Of a stretch of DNA of 64,000 nt, positions 38,407 to 47,664 are shown piece after piece. Made by a program: the position numbers and the translations under genes. Location of the stretch: the NCBI GenBank assembly GCA_041655935.1, contig JBBAEK010000003.1:45030-109029 (forward strand), read 5' to 3'. Each line of letters starts with the position of its first letter. The first letter of the stretch is position 1. This stretch comes from Eubacteriales bacterium (GTDB lineage: Bacteria; Bacillota; Clostridia; Oscillospirales; CAG-272). The notes beneath the pieces are model-generated. The model was not told the DNA's origin. It made no database searches and was given only the letters and a program-made list of their open reading frames with translations.

Positions 38407-38530
38407 GGTTTTCGTCCTCCTGTTTACATGATAGCAGACAAAGCCGGAAATGTAAAGGGTGCGGGAGAAAACAACTCAAAAGATGCCCCCGGTGTGAGGG
38501 GCCTGTGATTGTGTGAGAAGGGAGGGTGGG

Positions 38531-39691
38531 ATGACCCGACTGTTGATTGCTTTGTTTGTGCGCGACCGCACAAACACCAGGGAGGCGGCGGTTCGCCGCA
38601 GGTACGGCACTTTGGCGGGTGTGGTGGGCCTTGTGGTCAATGTGTTGCTCTTTGCCGGCAAGTTTGCGGTGGGGACTGTCACGGGCTCGATTGCCATCGG
38701 AGCAGATGCCTTCAACAACCTCTCCGACGCGGGTACCTCGCTGGTCTCTTTGTTGAGTTTCAAGCTTTCCACCAAACCGCCCGACCGCGACCACCCGTTC
38801 GGACACGGGCGTATCGAGCAGGTGACCTCCCTGTTGGTCTCGGTGCTGGTGATCGGGGTGGGGGGCAAGTTGCTGTTTGACTCTGTCGCCAAAATGATCA
38901 CGCCCACACAAACCACCTTCAGCCTGTGGTCGCTGCTGGTACTGTCGGTCTCTATAGCCGCCAAGCTCTGGCTGGCGCTGTTCTACCGCACCATCGGCCG
39001 CACGATTGACTCCGCCGTACTGCGCGCCACCACCCTCGACAGCCTGACCGACATGCTCGCCACGGCAGGGGTACTGCTCTCCGGCGTCCTCTTGCGCTTG
39101 ACCGGCTTTGACAGCGACGCGTACATGGGGCTGCTGGTTGCGGGGCTGATTGTTGTGGCAGGAGTCAAGCTGTTCAGAGAAACACAAAGCCACCTGCTGG
39201 GAACCGCCCCTGTCAAGGAAGTGGTGCGGAGCATTGAGGCGATTGTCGCGCAATACCCACAGGTGCTGGGTATCCACGACCTGATCATACACAACTATGG
39301 GCCGGGGCAGGTCATCGCTTCCCTGCACGCGGAGGTGGACGGTGCCGCCGATGTTTTTGACTCCCACGACACCATCGACGCCATTGAAAAGCGCTTGTTT
39401 CGGGAGCTCGCCGTGCGGTGTACCATTCATATGGACCCGGTGGTCACCGACAATGCGTGGGTAGACTCCCTGCGGGACACGGTGGCGGAGCTGACGGCGG
39501 AGGTGGAGGAGGGCCTGGGCATCCATGACTTCCGCTTGGTACAGGGGGATGTCCATCCCGCCCTCATTTTTGAGATTAACGCGCCCTTTGAGCTGCCCCT
39601 GACCGACGACGCCATCAAGGAAGCGGTGGAACACAAAATCATGGAGCTCTACCCCGCCTACCAAACGTTCATCTCCATCGACCGTATCTAA
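38531..39691 (+). CDS. Cation diffusion facilitator (CDF) family metal efflux transporter
   Basis: TM2 and TM5 metal-site motifs (AIGADAFNNLSD ... LDSLTDMLAT), HPFGHGR loop, cytoplasmic C-terminal domain. ATG 38531 with GGAGGG RBS. Confidence 0.88.
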   Translation: MTRLLIALFVRDRTNTREAAVRRRYGTLAGVVGLVVNVLLFAGKFAVGTVTGSIAIGADAFNNLSDAGTSLVSLLSFKLSTKPPDRDHPFGHGRIEQVTSLLVSVLVIGVGGKLLFDSVAKMITPTQTTFSLWSLLVLSVSIAAKLWLALFYRTIGRTIDSAVLRATTLDSLTDMLATAGVLLSGVLLRLTGFDSDAYMGLLVAGLIVVAGVKLFRETQSHLLGTAPVKEVVRSIEAIVAQYPQVLGIHDLIIHNYGPGQVIASLHAEVDGAADVFDSHDTIDAIEKRLFRELAVRCTIHMDPVVTDNAWVDSLRDTVAELTAEVEEGLGIHDFRLVQGDVHPALIFEINAPFELPLTDDAIKEAVEHKIMELYPAYQTFISIDRI

Positions 39692-39714
39692 AACTTATTT
39701 CGAGAAGCAAAAGA

Positions 39715-39757
39715 CGCGTGCGTCTGTGTAGCCCCGGGGCTTTCACAGACGCACGCG
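39715..39757. terminator. Long inverted repeat between convergent genes (probable terminator, at least for the minus-strand gene)
   Basis: 14-bp perfect arms 39715-39728 / 39744-39757. The loop contains the palindrome GCCCCGGGGC. The T-run is present only on the minus strand. Confidence 0.45.
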
Positions 39758-39777
39758 CTGCATAGACGGTAGCGGAG

Positions 39778-40227
39778 TCACTCCTGCTCGCTGTGGTCGG
39801 CAGAGCAATCGCACGTGCCGCCGCAGCAGTCGCCGCCGCAACCGGCCTCCCACTCCAGCTTCTGACCGCAATGCGGGCAGGAGAGCTCATCGGGATCCAG
39901 GCTGGAGTCGTCAAAACAAACTACCTTGCCACAGGAGGGACAGGTGGCTTCGAAAAAGTCCACCTCGTCGTACTCGTCGTCCTGCGCGTCCTCCTCGTCC
40001 TCTGTATCATCATAGAACTCGTTTTCGAGCAGTGCCAGATCGTCGTCGATTTCCTCCACATAGTCGTTGACTTCCTGTATCTTCTCTTTCAGGGTCGTCA
40101 GCTCTTGCGCAAAGAGCGAGACGGTGTCCAGCATGGCGGTGAACAGCTTGCCCTCGGGGGTGGTTTTGTCTATGTCAAGACCTTCAAATAAGCCTTGCAG
40201 ATAGGCTGCCTTTTCGTTTGGTTTCAT
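39778..40227 (-). CDS. Acidic zinc-ribbon protein with a C-terminal Cys-rich tail
   Basis: True ATG 40227 (GGGAGGG RBS). Helical N-domain, poly-acidic linker, CPSCG...CPHCG zinc ribbon, then GCGGDCCGGTCDC tail. Confidence 0.6.
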   Translation of the reverse strand: MKPNEKAAYLQGLFEGLDIDKTTPEGKLFTAMLDTVSLFAQELTTLKEKIQEVNDYVEEIDDDLALLENEFYDDTEDEEDAQDDEYDEVDFFEATCPSCGKVVCFDDSSLDPDELSCPHCGQKLEWEAGCGGDCCGGTCDCSADHSEQE

Positions 40228-40394
40228 GTGTTTCCCTCCCAGTATTTTTGATAAGGCCCCCCGCTCGGGGCGGTGAATACCACGCTTGCCGGCAGGAGAC
40301 GGCTTGCAGCGGCAGAATGGTACAAGGATGCTTTGGATACGGTCCCCCCGCACACAGCAAACCCCTGCCGGATGTTTGCCTCGGGAGCTAAGGA

Positions 40395-40961
40395 TTAGGC
40401 GCGCTCGAGGTAGGAGCCGCCTTCGCGGGTGTCGATTCTGATGAGGTCGCCCTCATTGATGAAGATGGGCACTTTGATGGTGGCGCCGGTTTCCAGCGTG
40501 GCACTCTTTTGCACGTTGGTGGCGGTGTTGCCGCGCACGCCCGGCTCGGTTTCCACGACCTTCAGGGTAACAAAAGTGGGAGGCTCGATCTGAAAGACCT
40601 CGCCCTTCCAGGAGGAAATCTTGCACATCGTCTCTTCCTTCACAAAGCGGAAGTTGTCCCCCAGCTTGTCGGCGGAAATGGGCTGCTGGTCATACGTCTC
40701 CATATCCATAAAGAAATACAGCTCGCCGTCCTTATAGACATACTGCATCTCTTTTCTTTCGATATACGCCTGTTCAAATTTCGCTGTGGGGTTGAAGGAA
40801 GTCTCCACCACCGAACCGGTGATGACATTTTTCATCTTGGTGCGGACAAATGCCGCGCCCTTGCCGGGCTTGACATGCTGGAATTCCACAATCTGCATCA
40901 GACTGCCTTCGTACTCAAATGTGATGCCGTTTCTGAAGTCGCCCGCGGATATTGTTGCCAT
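40395..40961 (-). CDS. efp: Translation elongation factor P
   Basis: [19 protein letters not shown]...[21 protein letters not shown], 188 aa from ATG 40961. Confidence 0.93.
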   Translation of the reverse strand: MATISAGDFRNGITFEYEGSLMQIVEFQHVKPGKGAAFVRTKMKNVITGSVVETSFNPTAKFEQAYIERKEMQYVYKDGELYFFMDMETYDQQPISADKLGDNFRFVKEETMCKISSWKGEVFQIEPPTFVTLKVVETEPGVRGNTATNVQKSATLETGATIKVPIFINEGDLIRIDTREGGSYLERA

Positions 40962-41174
40962 AAAACACACCTGTCTCTCAGCGGTCACGTTCGGTTTGTC
41001 GGAGAAAGCAGCCTGTCCACCCGCTGCATAGACAGTTTCCCCAAAAGAGCAGCACTCTGCTCATGTATCATTATTTTACTACAAAATCCCTCTGTTTGCA
41101 ATAGAAATTGAAAAGAATTTCAGTCGCCTCTCCAGCAATTCGGCAAAAATACGCCAAACCTTCAAAAAGCGCAC

Positions 41175-42245
41175 TCAGAACAGCTCGATCAGCTCCTTGC
41201 TGCTTTGCGTGAAATTCTTCACCCCGTCTTCGGTGATGAGTACCATGTCCTCGATGCGGCAGCCGTACCGTCCCGGCAGGTAAATGCCGGGTTCCACCGT
41301 GACGACATGGCCGGGCTCGAGTAGTACGTCCCGGGCGCTGGCGGCCAGCCGGGGGGACTCGTGAATGTACAGCCCCACACCGTGCCCTAAACTATGCCCA
41401 AAGCTCCCCGGGTAGGGGGAGGCGTCAATGATGTCACGGGCGGCCTTGTCGGCGGTGTAGCCGTCAATGCCTGCCTGCAGGATGGACAATCCCGCCTGCT
41501 GTGCCGCCAGTACGGTGCGGTATACCGCCCGCATCTCGGCGTCTGCCCGCCCGATGACCACGGTTCTGGTCATGTCCGCGCAGTACCCCTCGTACACCGC
41601 GCCGAAGTCCATGGTCAGAAAACCCGCCTGCAGCGGAAGATCGCGGGGCTTGCCGTGCGGCAGGGCGCTGGCCGTCCCGGAGACGGCGATGATATCAAAT
41701 GCCGCCCGCTCCGCCCCGTTTTGCCGCATGAAAAACTCCAGCTCCAGCGCCACCTCCCGCTCGGTCATCTCCGGCCGCAAGACGGACAGGATATGGGTGA
41801 ACGCACGGTCGGTGATGGCCTGGGCGCGGGCGATATGCGCAAGCTCCGACTCATCCTTCACCATGCGGAGCGCGGCAACCAGCTTGCTCGCCGCCACCAG
41901 CGTAAAAGCGCTGTATTGACGGCACAGCAGCTCATGGGCGTCCACGGTCAATGTATCGCTCTCAAAGCCCACATTGCGCACCCCTGCCCCCTGCAGTACC
42001 TCGATGACATACCCTACCCTGTCGGCGGGCATCGCCACGGTGAAGGCGGGATCTGCCTGCGCGCACGCCTCCTCATAGTAGCGGAAGTCGGTGAGCATAT
42101 ACGCCCCCTCTCCGGTGACAACGACCAGCCCGCTGGTGCTCTCATAGGACAACAGGTAGCGCTGGTTCAGCTCGGAGGTGACCAAGAGGGCATCCAGGCC
42201 TGCCGCCCGCATGGCCTCTCTGACTTTTTGCAGTTTCAGACTCAT
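41175..42245 (-). CDS. pepP: M24-family Xaa-Pro aminopeptidase/dipeptidase
   Basis: Creatinase-like N-domain plus the pita-bread metal ligands (DFGAVYEGYCADMTRT, HSLGHGVGL.IHE, VTVEPGIY, RIED). Confidence 0.85.
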   Translation of the reverse strand: MSLKLQKVREAMRAAGLDALLVTSELNQRYLLSYESTSGLVVVTGEGAYMLTDFRYYEEACAQADPAFTVAMPADRVGYVIEVLQGAGVRNVGFESDTLTVDAHELLCRQYSAFTLVAASKLVAALRMVKDESELAHIARAQAITDRAFTHILSVLRPEMTEREVALELEFFMRQNGAERAAFDIIAVSGTASALPHGKPRDLPLQAGFLTMDFGAVYEGYCADMTRTVVIGRADAEMRAVYRTVLAAQQAGLSILQAGIDGYTADKAARDIIDASPYPGSFGHSLGHGVGLYIHESPRLAASARDVLLEPGHVVTVEPGIYLPGRYGCRIEDMVLITEDGVKNFTQSSKELIELF

Positions 42246-43108
42246 ACGGCGGCAATCCTTTCATAGTAAGTTTTCATAGCCAGCGCGTCCTCCGCCATGC
42301 TGCCGGCCGACTCGCAGATGATGGTGGGGGTCAGGTTTTCGCGGCAGATCGTTTCCATCAGCGGTTCAAAATCCGGCCCGTAGGTTTTGTCCGCAAAGGT
42401 CAGGTGCCGCTTTTCCCCCGCCCCTGTCCACTCCAGGCGGGAAAAGTGACAGTGCAGGTTGCGGGCCACCGAGTCGCCAAGCTGACTGCCAATGCGGTCA
42501 AACACCCGCCTGTAGTCGTCGCCATCAAGGAAAGCAGTGCCGCCCTCCCGCGCATGCATATGCCCAAAGTCCACCACAGGTACCAGCCGCGGGTCTATGA
42601 CGCACAGCTTCAGCACCTCGTCCAGGGTGCCCAGCTGATTGACCTTGCCCATGGTCTCCAGCCCGATGCTCACCCCGCCCGTGTCCAGCTTCGCCAGCGT
42701 CTGACAGAGGGTGTCCGCCGCCAATGCCATGGCTTCCTCCCGGCTGATTTTGGCGGCGCTGCCGGTGTGCACCACAATCACCCGGGCACCCAGCAGTTTG
42801 GCAGCCCACAGGCTTTTCTCAATATAGTCGATGCTTTTCAGGCGTTTGTCGGGCTCCACGCCCGACAGGGAAATATAGTAGGGGGCGTGCAGGGACAGGT
42901 GAATGCCCCGCGTCGCGGCGGCCGCCCCGATCTCCCGCAGGGTCGCCTCGCCCGCCGTGATGCCGCTGCCCCCCTGATATTCATACGCATTGAGCCCAAG
43001 GGACGCCAGGAAGGCGGGCGCATCCACCGTCCGCTTAAAACCGGCGGCGTAGAAACTCTCGCTGTTGCCGGCCGGACCGAACCAGGGACTCTTTCTGTTA
43101 CTTTCCAT
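42242..43108 (-). CDS. AP endonuclease family 2 (endonuclease IV-like) TIM-barrel protein
   Basis: HLSLHAPYYISL, VIVVHTGS, GLETMG, DFGHMHA resemble the Nfo metal-binding motifs. ATG 43108 overlaps the yqeG stop. Confidence 0.6.
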   Translation of the reverse strand: MESNRKSPWFGPAGNSESFYAAGFKRTVDAPAFLASLGLNAYEYQGGSGITAGEATLREIGAAAATRGIHLSLHAPYYISLSGVEPDKRLKSIDYIEKSLWAAKLLGARVIVVHTGSAAKISREEAMALAADTLCQTLAKLDTGGVSIGLETMGKVNQLGTLDEVLKLCVIDPRLVPVVDFGHMHAREGGTAFLDGDDYRRVFDRIGSQLGDSVARNLHCHFSRLEWTGAGEKRHLTFADKTYGPDFEPLMETICRENLTPTIICESAGSMAEDALAMKTYYERIAAV

Positions 43109-43613
43109 GTTTTTTCTTCTCTTCCCTTTTGTGATAGGCTGCCAGGATGGGGCGCTCAAACAGCCGCTTGAGGCGTGTGAAGCAGTCGGTCTTGTCCTTG
43201 AGCGGCGAGACCAGAATGGTGCGCACCCCTGCCCACTTCCCCGCCAACACGTCGGTAAAAATCTGGTCACCCATCACCGCCGTGTTCTCGCGGTGGCTCT
43301 CAAGGACACGCATGGCTTCCTTCATGGAGCGGATAAACGGCTTTTTGCTGGCGGCAAAAATCGGGATGGCAAGCTTTCGGTTGAAGAGCTCTACCCGCGC
43401 CGCCTTGTTGTTGGAGACAAAGGCGGTACGCACCCCCGCCTCATGCAGTCCGGCAAACCAAGCCAGCACCTCGTCCGACGGCTCGGCGTCCTCATAGCGC
43501 GCGATGGTGTTGTCCAGGTCCAGCACCAGCGCCCGCACCCCCAGCGCCGCCAAAAAGTCGGGTGTGACCTCTCTGAAATGCTCAAAATAATAGTCGGGCT
43601 GTAAAAAACTCAT
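43098..43613 (-). CDS. yqeG: YqeG-family HAD-IIIA phosphatase
   Basis: LVLDLDNT (DxDxT), SNN, GDQIFTD. True ATG at 43613; the listed 285-aa ORF extends spuriously across the tRNA-Gly gene. Confidence 0.8.
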   Translation of the reverse strand: MSFLQPDYYFEHFREVTPDFLAALGVRALVLDLDNTIARYEDAEPSDEVLAWFAGLHEAGVRTAFVSNNKAARVELFNRKLAIPIFAASKKPFIRSMKEAMRVLESHRENTAVMGDQIFTDVLAGKWAGVRTILVSPLKDKTDCFTRLKRLFERPILAAYHKREEKKKHGK

Positions 43614-43811
43614 GATCCGCCATCCCTTGCTTGGAGTTGTTGTGTCCATTGTACCACATTCTTCCCTCCTGCACAAGGCTTTTGTTGGTTTCCTCCTGCC
43701 TCGCCCGGGTGAAAAAGTCATGCCGTCGCAGGTAGCCTTCCGCCGTCCACTCTGCGGAAAAAGCGGCTTTGCGCCGACGGAAAAGAATTTTCTTTTTTTA
43801 GCGGTTCGGGC

Positions 43812-43840
43812 TTGACAAAGAAATGCGCTTGTATTATAAT
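43812..43840 (+). promoter_or_regulatory. Perfect consensus sigma-A promoter of the tRNA-Gly/tRNA-Arg pair
   Basis: TTGACA (43812-43817), 17 nt, TATAAT (43835-43840). Confidence 0.65.
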
Positions 43841-43918
43841 ATAAAAGCTGCTGAAGAATCGAGGTACCATTGAAAGGACTGCTTTTTCGGTACGCACGGG
43901 TCAAACTGCTGAACGAAC

Positions 43919-43992
<74 letters not shown>

Positions 43993-44003
43993 AGCAGCCA
44001 TAT

Positions 44004-44079
44004 GCGCCCTTAGCTCAGTGGATAGAGTTCCCGGCTACGAACCGGTAGGTCGCAAGTTCGAATCCTGCAGGGCGCGCCA
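44004..44079 (+). tRNA. tRNA-Arg (anticodon ACG), CCA encoded
   Basis: Acceptor GCGCCCT/AGGGCGC. Anticodon loop CTACGAA. T loop TTCGAAT. Confidence 0.9.
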
Positions 44080-44088
44080 TAAAAGAAA

Positions 44089-44122
44089 CGTCTTTTGTCT
44101 ACCAAGACAAGAGGCGTTTTTT
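44089..44122 (+). terminator. Rho-independent terminator of the tRNA pair
   Basis: 12-bp stem 44089-44100 / 44105-44116 (two G-T pairs), then TTTTTT. Confidence 0.6.
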
Positions 44123-44173
44123 CTTGCTTTTCAGGGCAAATATGCGAAAAATCGGGCAAAAATAAGGGAAAAT

Positions 44174-44216
44174 GGGCTTCGGAACGGTCGATCGGCTGTT
44201 CCGGAGCCCGTTTTTT
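44174..44216 (+). terminator. Second, orphan rho-independent terminator (no upstream ORF)
   Basis: 12-bp stem GGGCTTCGGAAC (44174-44185) / GTTCCGGAGCCC (44198-44209), then GTTTTTT. Confidence 0.5.
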
Positions 44217-44258
44217 GTTTGCAGCAGGCAGAAAACGCGGCAAAAATGCTGGTACACT

Positions 44259-44294
44259 TTTGGGTAGTCTTTACGCCTGCAAAGACTACCCAAA
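44259..44294. repeat. Perfect 14-bp inverted repeat with 8-bp spacer at the left island border
   Basis: TTTGGGTAGTCTTT-ACGCCTGC-AAAGACTACCCAAA, read directly. Confidence 0.9.
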
Positions 44295-44402
44295 GAAGTT
44301 GCCCCACTCGGATTTGAACCTTCCTCCGAAGAAAATTTACAAAGAAAAATTCAGAAGTAACGAAAAAGTGTATGCTAACCCCTTCCATTTTTCGACGATA
44401 TG

Positions 44403-44411
44403 TGCTATACT
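44403..44411 (+). promoter_or_regulatory. Extended -10 promoter element upstream of the WYL regulator operon
   Basis: TGCTATACT (44403-44411), 35 nt before ATG 44446 (GGAGG RBS 44436-44440). The -35 is poor (TTCCAT). Confidence 0.4.
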
Positions 44412-44445
44412 ATAAGGTGAATATTTGTAGTTTACGGAGGCGGCC

Positions 44446-45474
44446 ATGGGAAATGAAAGCTCACAAAAAATAAAATTACTTAAACTCATGGAGATGCTAC
44501 GCCGCGAGACCGATGAACAACATCCGATGCGCCGCAAAGAAATATGCGAACGTCTGGAAGCGATGGGTATCAGCTGCGACATCCGCACGTTGTCAAAAGA
44601 CATGAAGGCACTCAACGATTATGGCTTCGAGGTAATGAGTTATTTCGTTGACCACGAAAAATGCTACTATGTGCCGGAAGATAATTTCTCGGATGCAGAG
44701 CTCAAGATTTTGATCGACGCAATTCAGGCAGCGAGCTTCATAACCGATAAGAAAACGGCGGAACTCATCGATAAGGTCGCGGCGCTTGGCGGCAGCCACA
44801 AAGCAGAGCTGCTGAAGGACAATATGGTTTGCTTCAACACGCGGAAGCACCACAACGAAATGATCTATTACGCGGTCGATCGCATTGAAACAGCGATAAA
44901 GGCGAACAAGAAGATCATCTTCTATTATTATGATCTGGATGAGAACGGACAGAAGCACTATCGCCGCGATAAGCACCACTATCAAGCAGAGCCGGTTGCG
45001 TTGGTATTTCACGAAGACAACTACTACCTCGTTTCGTATTTTCCGCAAAAGGATTGCACCGTGAATTATCGGCTTGATCGCATGGAACAGGTCGAAGTCA
45101 AGGACGAGGACATTTCGGATAAAGCAAAAGAACTGCGCAGCAGCATTGCCGGATACACAGAATCGGCGTTCAAAATGTACGGCGGGGATCCACTCGACGT
45201 GACGCTGCAGTTCGAGGACAAATTGATAGGTGTCGTCTACGATAAATTCGGCGAGGACACAAAGATGCTTCGCATCAACGATACGACGATCATCGCGGCC
45301 GTGAAGGTACAGGTCAGTCCGACGTTCTGGGGCTGGATGTTCCAGTTCGGCGGAAAGATGACGATCAACTCGCCGGATGAACTGAAAGAGGAATACAAGA
45401 AGCAGGTAGAGGCTTTGCTTTTCAAAGGAGACAATTTAGTTCCGTTTTACAATAATGAAAGGACAAAAGAATGA
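44446..45474 (+). CDS. wHTH-WYL-WCX transcriptional regulator (BrxR/CapW-like architecture)
   Basis: N-terminal HTH (KEICERLEAMGISCDIRTLSKDMKALNDYGF). WYL core (IIFYYYDLDENG...AEPVALVFHEDNYYLVSYF...NYRLDRM). C-terminal extension domain of about 100 aa. Confidence 0.8.
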   Translation: MGNESSQKIKLLKLMEMLRRETDEQHPMRRKEICERLEAMGISCDIRTLSKDMKALNDYGFEVMSYFVDHEKCYYVPEDNFSDAELKILIDAIQAASFITDKKTAELIDKVAALGGSHKAELLKDNMVCFNTRKHHNEMIYYAVDRIETAIKANKKIIFYYYDLDENGQKHYRRDKHHYQAEPVALVFHEDNYYLVSYFPQKDCTVNYRLDRMEQVEVKDEDISDKAKELRSSIAGYTESAFKMYGGDPLDVTLQFEDKLIGVVYDKFGEDTKMLRINDTTIIAAVKVQVSPTFWGWMFQFGGKMTINSPDELKEEYKKQVEALLFKGDNLVPFYNNERTKE

Positions 45475-46928
45475 AAACGATGCAAAAAAGTATTACGACA
45501 GAAAAAGAGAATGGTCGTTTTTACACACCAATCTTTATTGTTGATAATATTCTTGATTTGGCTGGGTATTATGGTGCGAAAATACTAAAAAAGCACGTGA
45601 TTGATAATAGCTGTGGCGATGGAGCATTTTTGACTCAAATTGTTCGTAGATATTGCACAGAAGCAATTAGTCAAGGGTATAGTATTGATGATTTAAGATC
45701 AGATTTGGCAACATATATACACGGAATAGAATTAGAAATAGTTGAGCAGAAAAAATGCATAGAAAACATTAGTCGCGTAGCGGAACAGTTCGATGTATTT
45801 GAGGTTGAATGGAATATTCTTTGTGGAGACGCATTAGCGATAAAAAGTTTTGATGGGAAAATGGATTATGTTTTAGGTAATCCGCCGTATGTTCGTGTGC
45901 ATAATTTGGGAGACTCGTTCGATGAAATAAAGAAGTTTTCTTTTGCACAGAACGGGATGACAGATCTTTTTATCGTGTTTTATGAGCTTGGGATCAAAAT
46001 GCTGAACGAAACCGGAACGCTCGGATATATTACCCCGAGTTCATACTTCAATAGTATTGCGGGTGCATACATGCGGAAGTATTTGGCGCAAGAAAAGCTT
46101 CTCACGACGGTTGTTGATTTGAGACACTTTCAAGCATTTGATGCCACTACGTACACTGCAATTACAATACTAAAAAAAGGTGAAGAAAATCAAAGCGTAG
46201 ATTATTACCGTTTTGACGAAAAGAACAGGGTTCCGTATTATGTGGAAACTGTAGAGCCAGACGATTATCAAATAGCCGGTAATTATTATTTTGCAAAGAA
46301 AGAGGAATTGCATCTTCTACACAAAATTCTTTTCAACTTGGGGAAAAGTGACGTAGCGGTTAAGAACGGATATGCAACGCTTTGTGATGGCGTTTTTATT
46401 AACGAATTCGATTTTCAATCAAAATATATTATTCCCGTGATAAAGTCTTCAAAAGGGGTAGAGCAGAGGATTTTCTATCCGTATGATCATAAGGGAAATT
46501 TAATTTTGGAAGACGAGTTACAAAAAGATGAAAAACTGTATCGTTATCTTGTGGATAACAAAGCTCAATTAACTAAGCGTAGTAATGAAAAAGATGCAGC
46601 AGTTTACTGGTATGCATTTGGACGTAGCCAAGCAATTAGTGATACATACAAAAACAAACTGGCAATTAATTCTTTGCTTCGTTCAAAAGAGGACTTTAAG
46701 TTTACGGAGGCACCGCCCGGAACGGGAGTCTATGGTGGATTGTATATTGTAAGCGATACCATTAACATGAAAGAAATTATTGCGGTGTTGAAAACGGATG
46801 AGTTTATATCATATATAGAGTTATTAGGAAAATATAAAAGTGGTGGTTATTATACTTTTTCATCAAAAGACGTAAAAGCATATCTTGATTACAAATTTTC
46901 ATACGACGGAGGAATATTTTCATGTTAA
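45471..46928 (+). CDS. Gamma-class N6-adenine DNA methyltransferase (Eco57I/TaqI-like catalytic domain + C-terminal target-recognition domain)
   Basis: Motif X GRFYTP, motif [13 protein letters not shown], motif [11 protein letters not shown], then about 250 aa of TRD. ATGA start/stop overlap with the WYL gene. Confidence 0.85.
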   Translation: MKTMQKSITTEKENGRFYTPIFIVDNILDLAGYYGAKILKKHVIDNSCGDGAFLTQIVRRYCTEAISQGYSIDDLRSDLATYIHGIELEIVEQKKCIENISRVAEQFDVFEVEWNILCGDALAIKSFDGKMDYVLGNPPYVRVHNLGDSFDEIKKFSFAQNGMTDLFIVFYELGIKMLNETGTLGYITPSSYFNSIAGAYMRKYLAQEKLLTTVVDLRHFQAFDATTYTAITILKKGEENQSVDYYRFDEKNRVPYYVETVEPDDYQIAGNYYFAKKEELHLLHKILFNLGKSDVAVKNGYATLCDGVFINEFDFQSKYIIPVIKSSKGVEQRIFYPYDHKGNLILEDELQKDEKLYRYLVDNKAQLTKRSNEKDAAVYWYAFGRSQAISDTYKNKLAINSLLRSKEDFKFTEAPPGTGVYGGLYIVSDTINMKEIIAVLKTDEFISYIELLGKYKSGGYYTFSSKDVKAYLDYKFSYDGGIFSC

Positions 46929-47653
46929 ACAATCAACAATTTTTGGAAGTAGTAAGGGAGTCATTTAAGACTTATCTGAGTGTAGACACATCAAGAAGCA
47001 CAGCAAAACTCAAAAGCTTACACGGGCATATAGCAAGGGATATAAAGGAGCTCTTTGGTCCCGAATATACAGTGCTGGCACAAGGAATTGGAAACGATAA
47101 AGAAGGAAGCATCCAAGGAAGGTATTACCCTAAAAATGTTGACATAACGGTGAGCAAGCGCGGAAAACCGGTTGCGGGTTATGCTGTAAAGTTTGTCATG
47201 AGAAATTATTCTCAAAATAGCAACAACTATTTTGAAAACATGCTTGGGGAGACTGCGAATATTAGGTCGAATTCGATCCCGTATTTTCAGATTTTTATTA
47301 TTTTCGAGCAAGTGCCATATTATAAAAACGGTGGCGCTTTTCAGAAATACGATGTGTTGACCGAACATAATTTGGATAAGTATTTTGCGCTTTCAAAAGA
47401 CGATCCGGCTTCGTATTTTCACACGCCGGATAAAACGCTTATTGTCATACTGCATTTGAAAGAAAAAAGTCCAGCATACAGCTTTATTGATTCCAAAGAT
47501 TATGCAGATTATTACAATAGCGTAATAAACGATACTGATTTAATGCGTTACTCGACAAAAATTCGTGATACATTTGATGACAGCGTTGTTCTGAATGATT
47601 ATGAAAAGTTTATTAAAAAAACATATTTTATAGCAGAGGGTAAAACAAAATAA
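46922..47653 (+). CDS. Uncharacterised 243-aa protein, positional candidate for the cognate restriction endonuclease
   Basis: ATG overlaps the methyltransferase stop (ATGTTAA). Only a weak PD-(D/E)xK-like trace (NVDITV-x11-YAVKF, followed by ENMLGE). No family recognised by eye. Confidence 0.4.
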   Translation: MLNNQQFLEVVRESFKTYLSVDTSRSTAKLKSLHGHIARDIKELFGPEYTVLAQGIGNDKEGSIQGRYYPKNVDITVSKRGKPVAGYAVKFVMRNYSQNSNNYFENMLGETANIRSNSIPYFQIFIIFEQVPYYKNGGAFQKYDVLTEHNLDKYFALSKDDPASYFHTPDKTLIVILHLKEKSPAYSFIDSKDYADYYNSVINDTDLMRYSTKIRDTFDDSVVLNDYEKFIKKTYFIAEGKTK

Positions 47654-47664
47654 GACATAACATA

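Noticed and set aside
38407-38530. Possible NiCo (czcD-type) riboswitch in front of the CDF transporter
   Set aside because: The 124-nt divergent intergenic region must also hold two promoters. I see only one short hairpin (GCCCC-GGTGTGA-GGGGC) and cannot reproduce the four-way-junction consensus from memory. It needs cmscan, so I make no claim.
38399-39664. 421-aa minus-strand ORF covering the whole CDF transporter gene
   Set aside because: Antisense shadow ORF typical of GC-rich DNA. It has an Arg/Gly/His/Gln-rich low-complexity translation and no RBS, whereas the + strand product has clear CDF motifs.
44299-44322. tRNA 3'-end-like fragment on the minus strand (GGTTCAAATCCGAGTGGGGCAAC), a possible integrase att remnant
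   Set aside because: The 5' side cannot form a T stem, the acceptor would start with T, and there is no CCA although all five real tRNAs here encode CCA. The island recombinase is also a serine type. Probably coincidental, but worth a tRNAscan/BLAST check.
44095-44415. 106-aa + strand ORF and several 64-92-aa ORFs in the left island border
   Set aside because: They span two terminators and the inverted repeat, have no RBS, and have Lys/Arg/Gly-rich improbable sequences.
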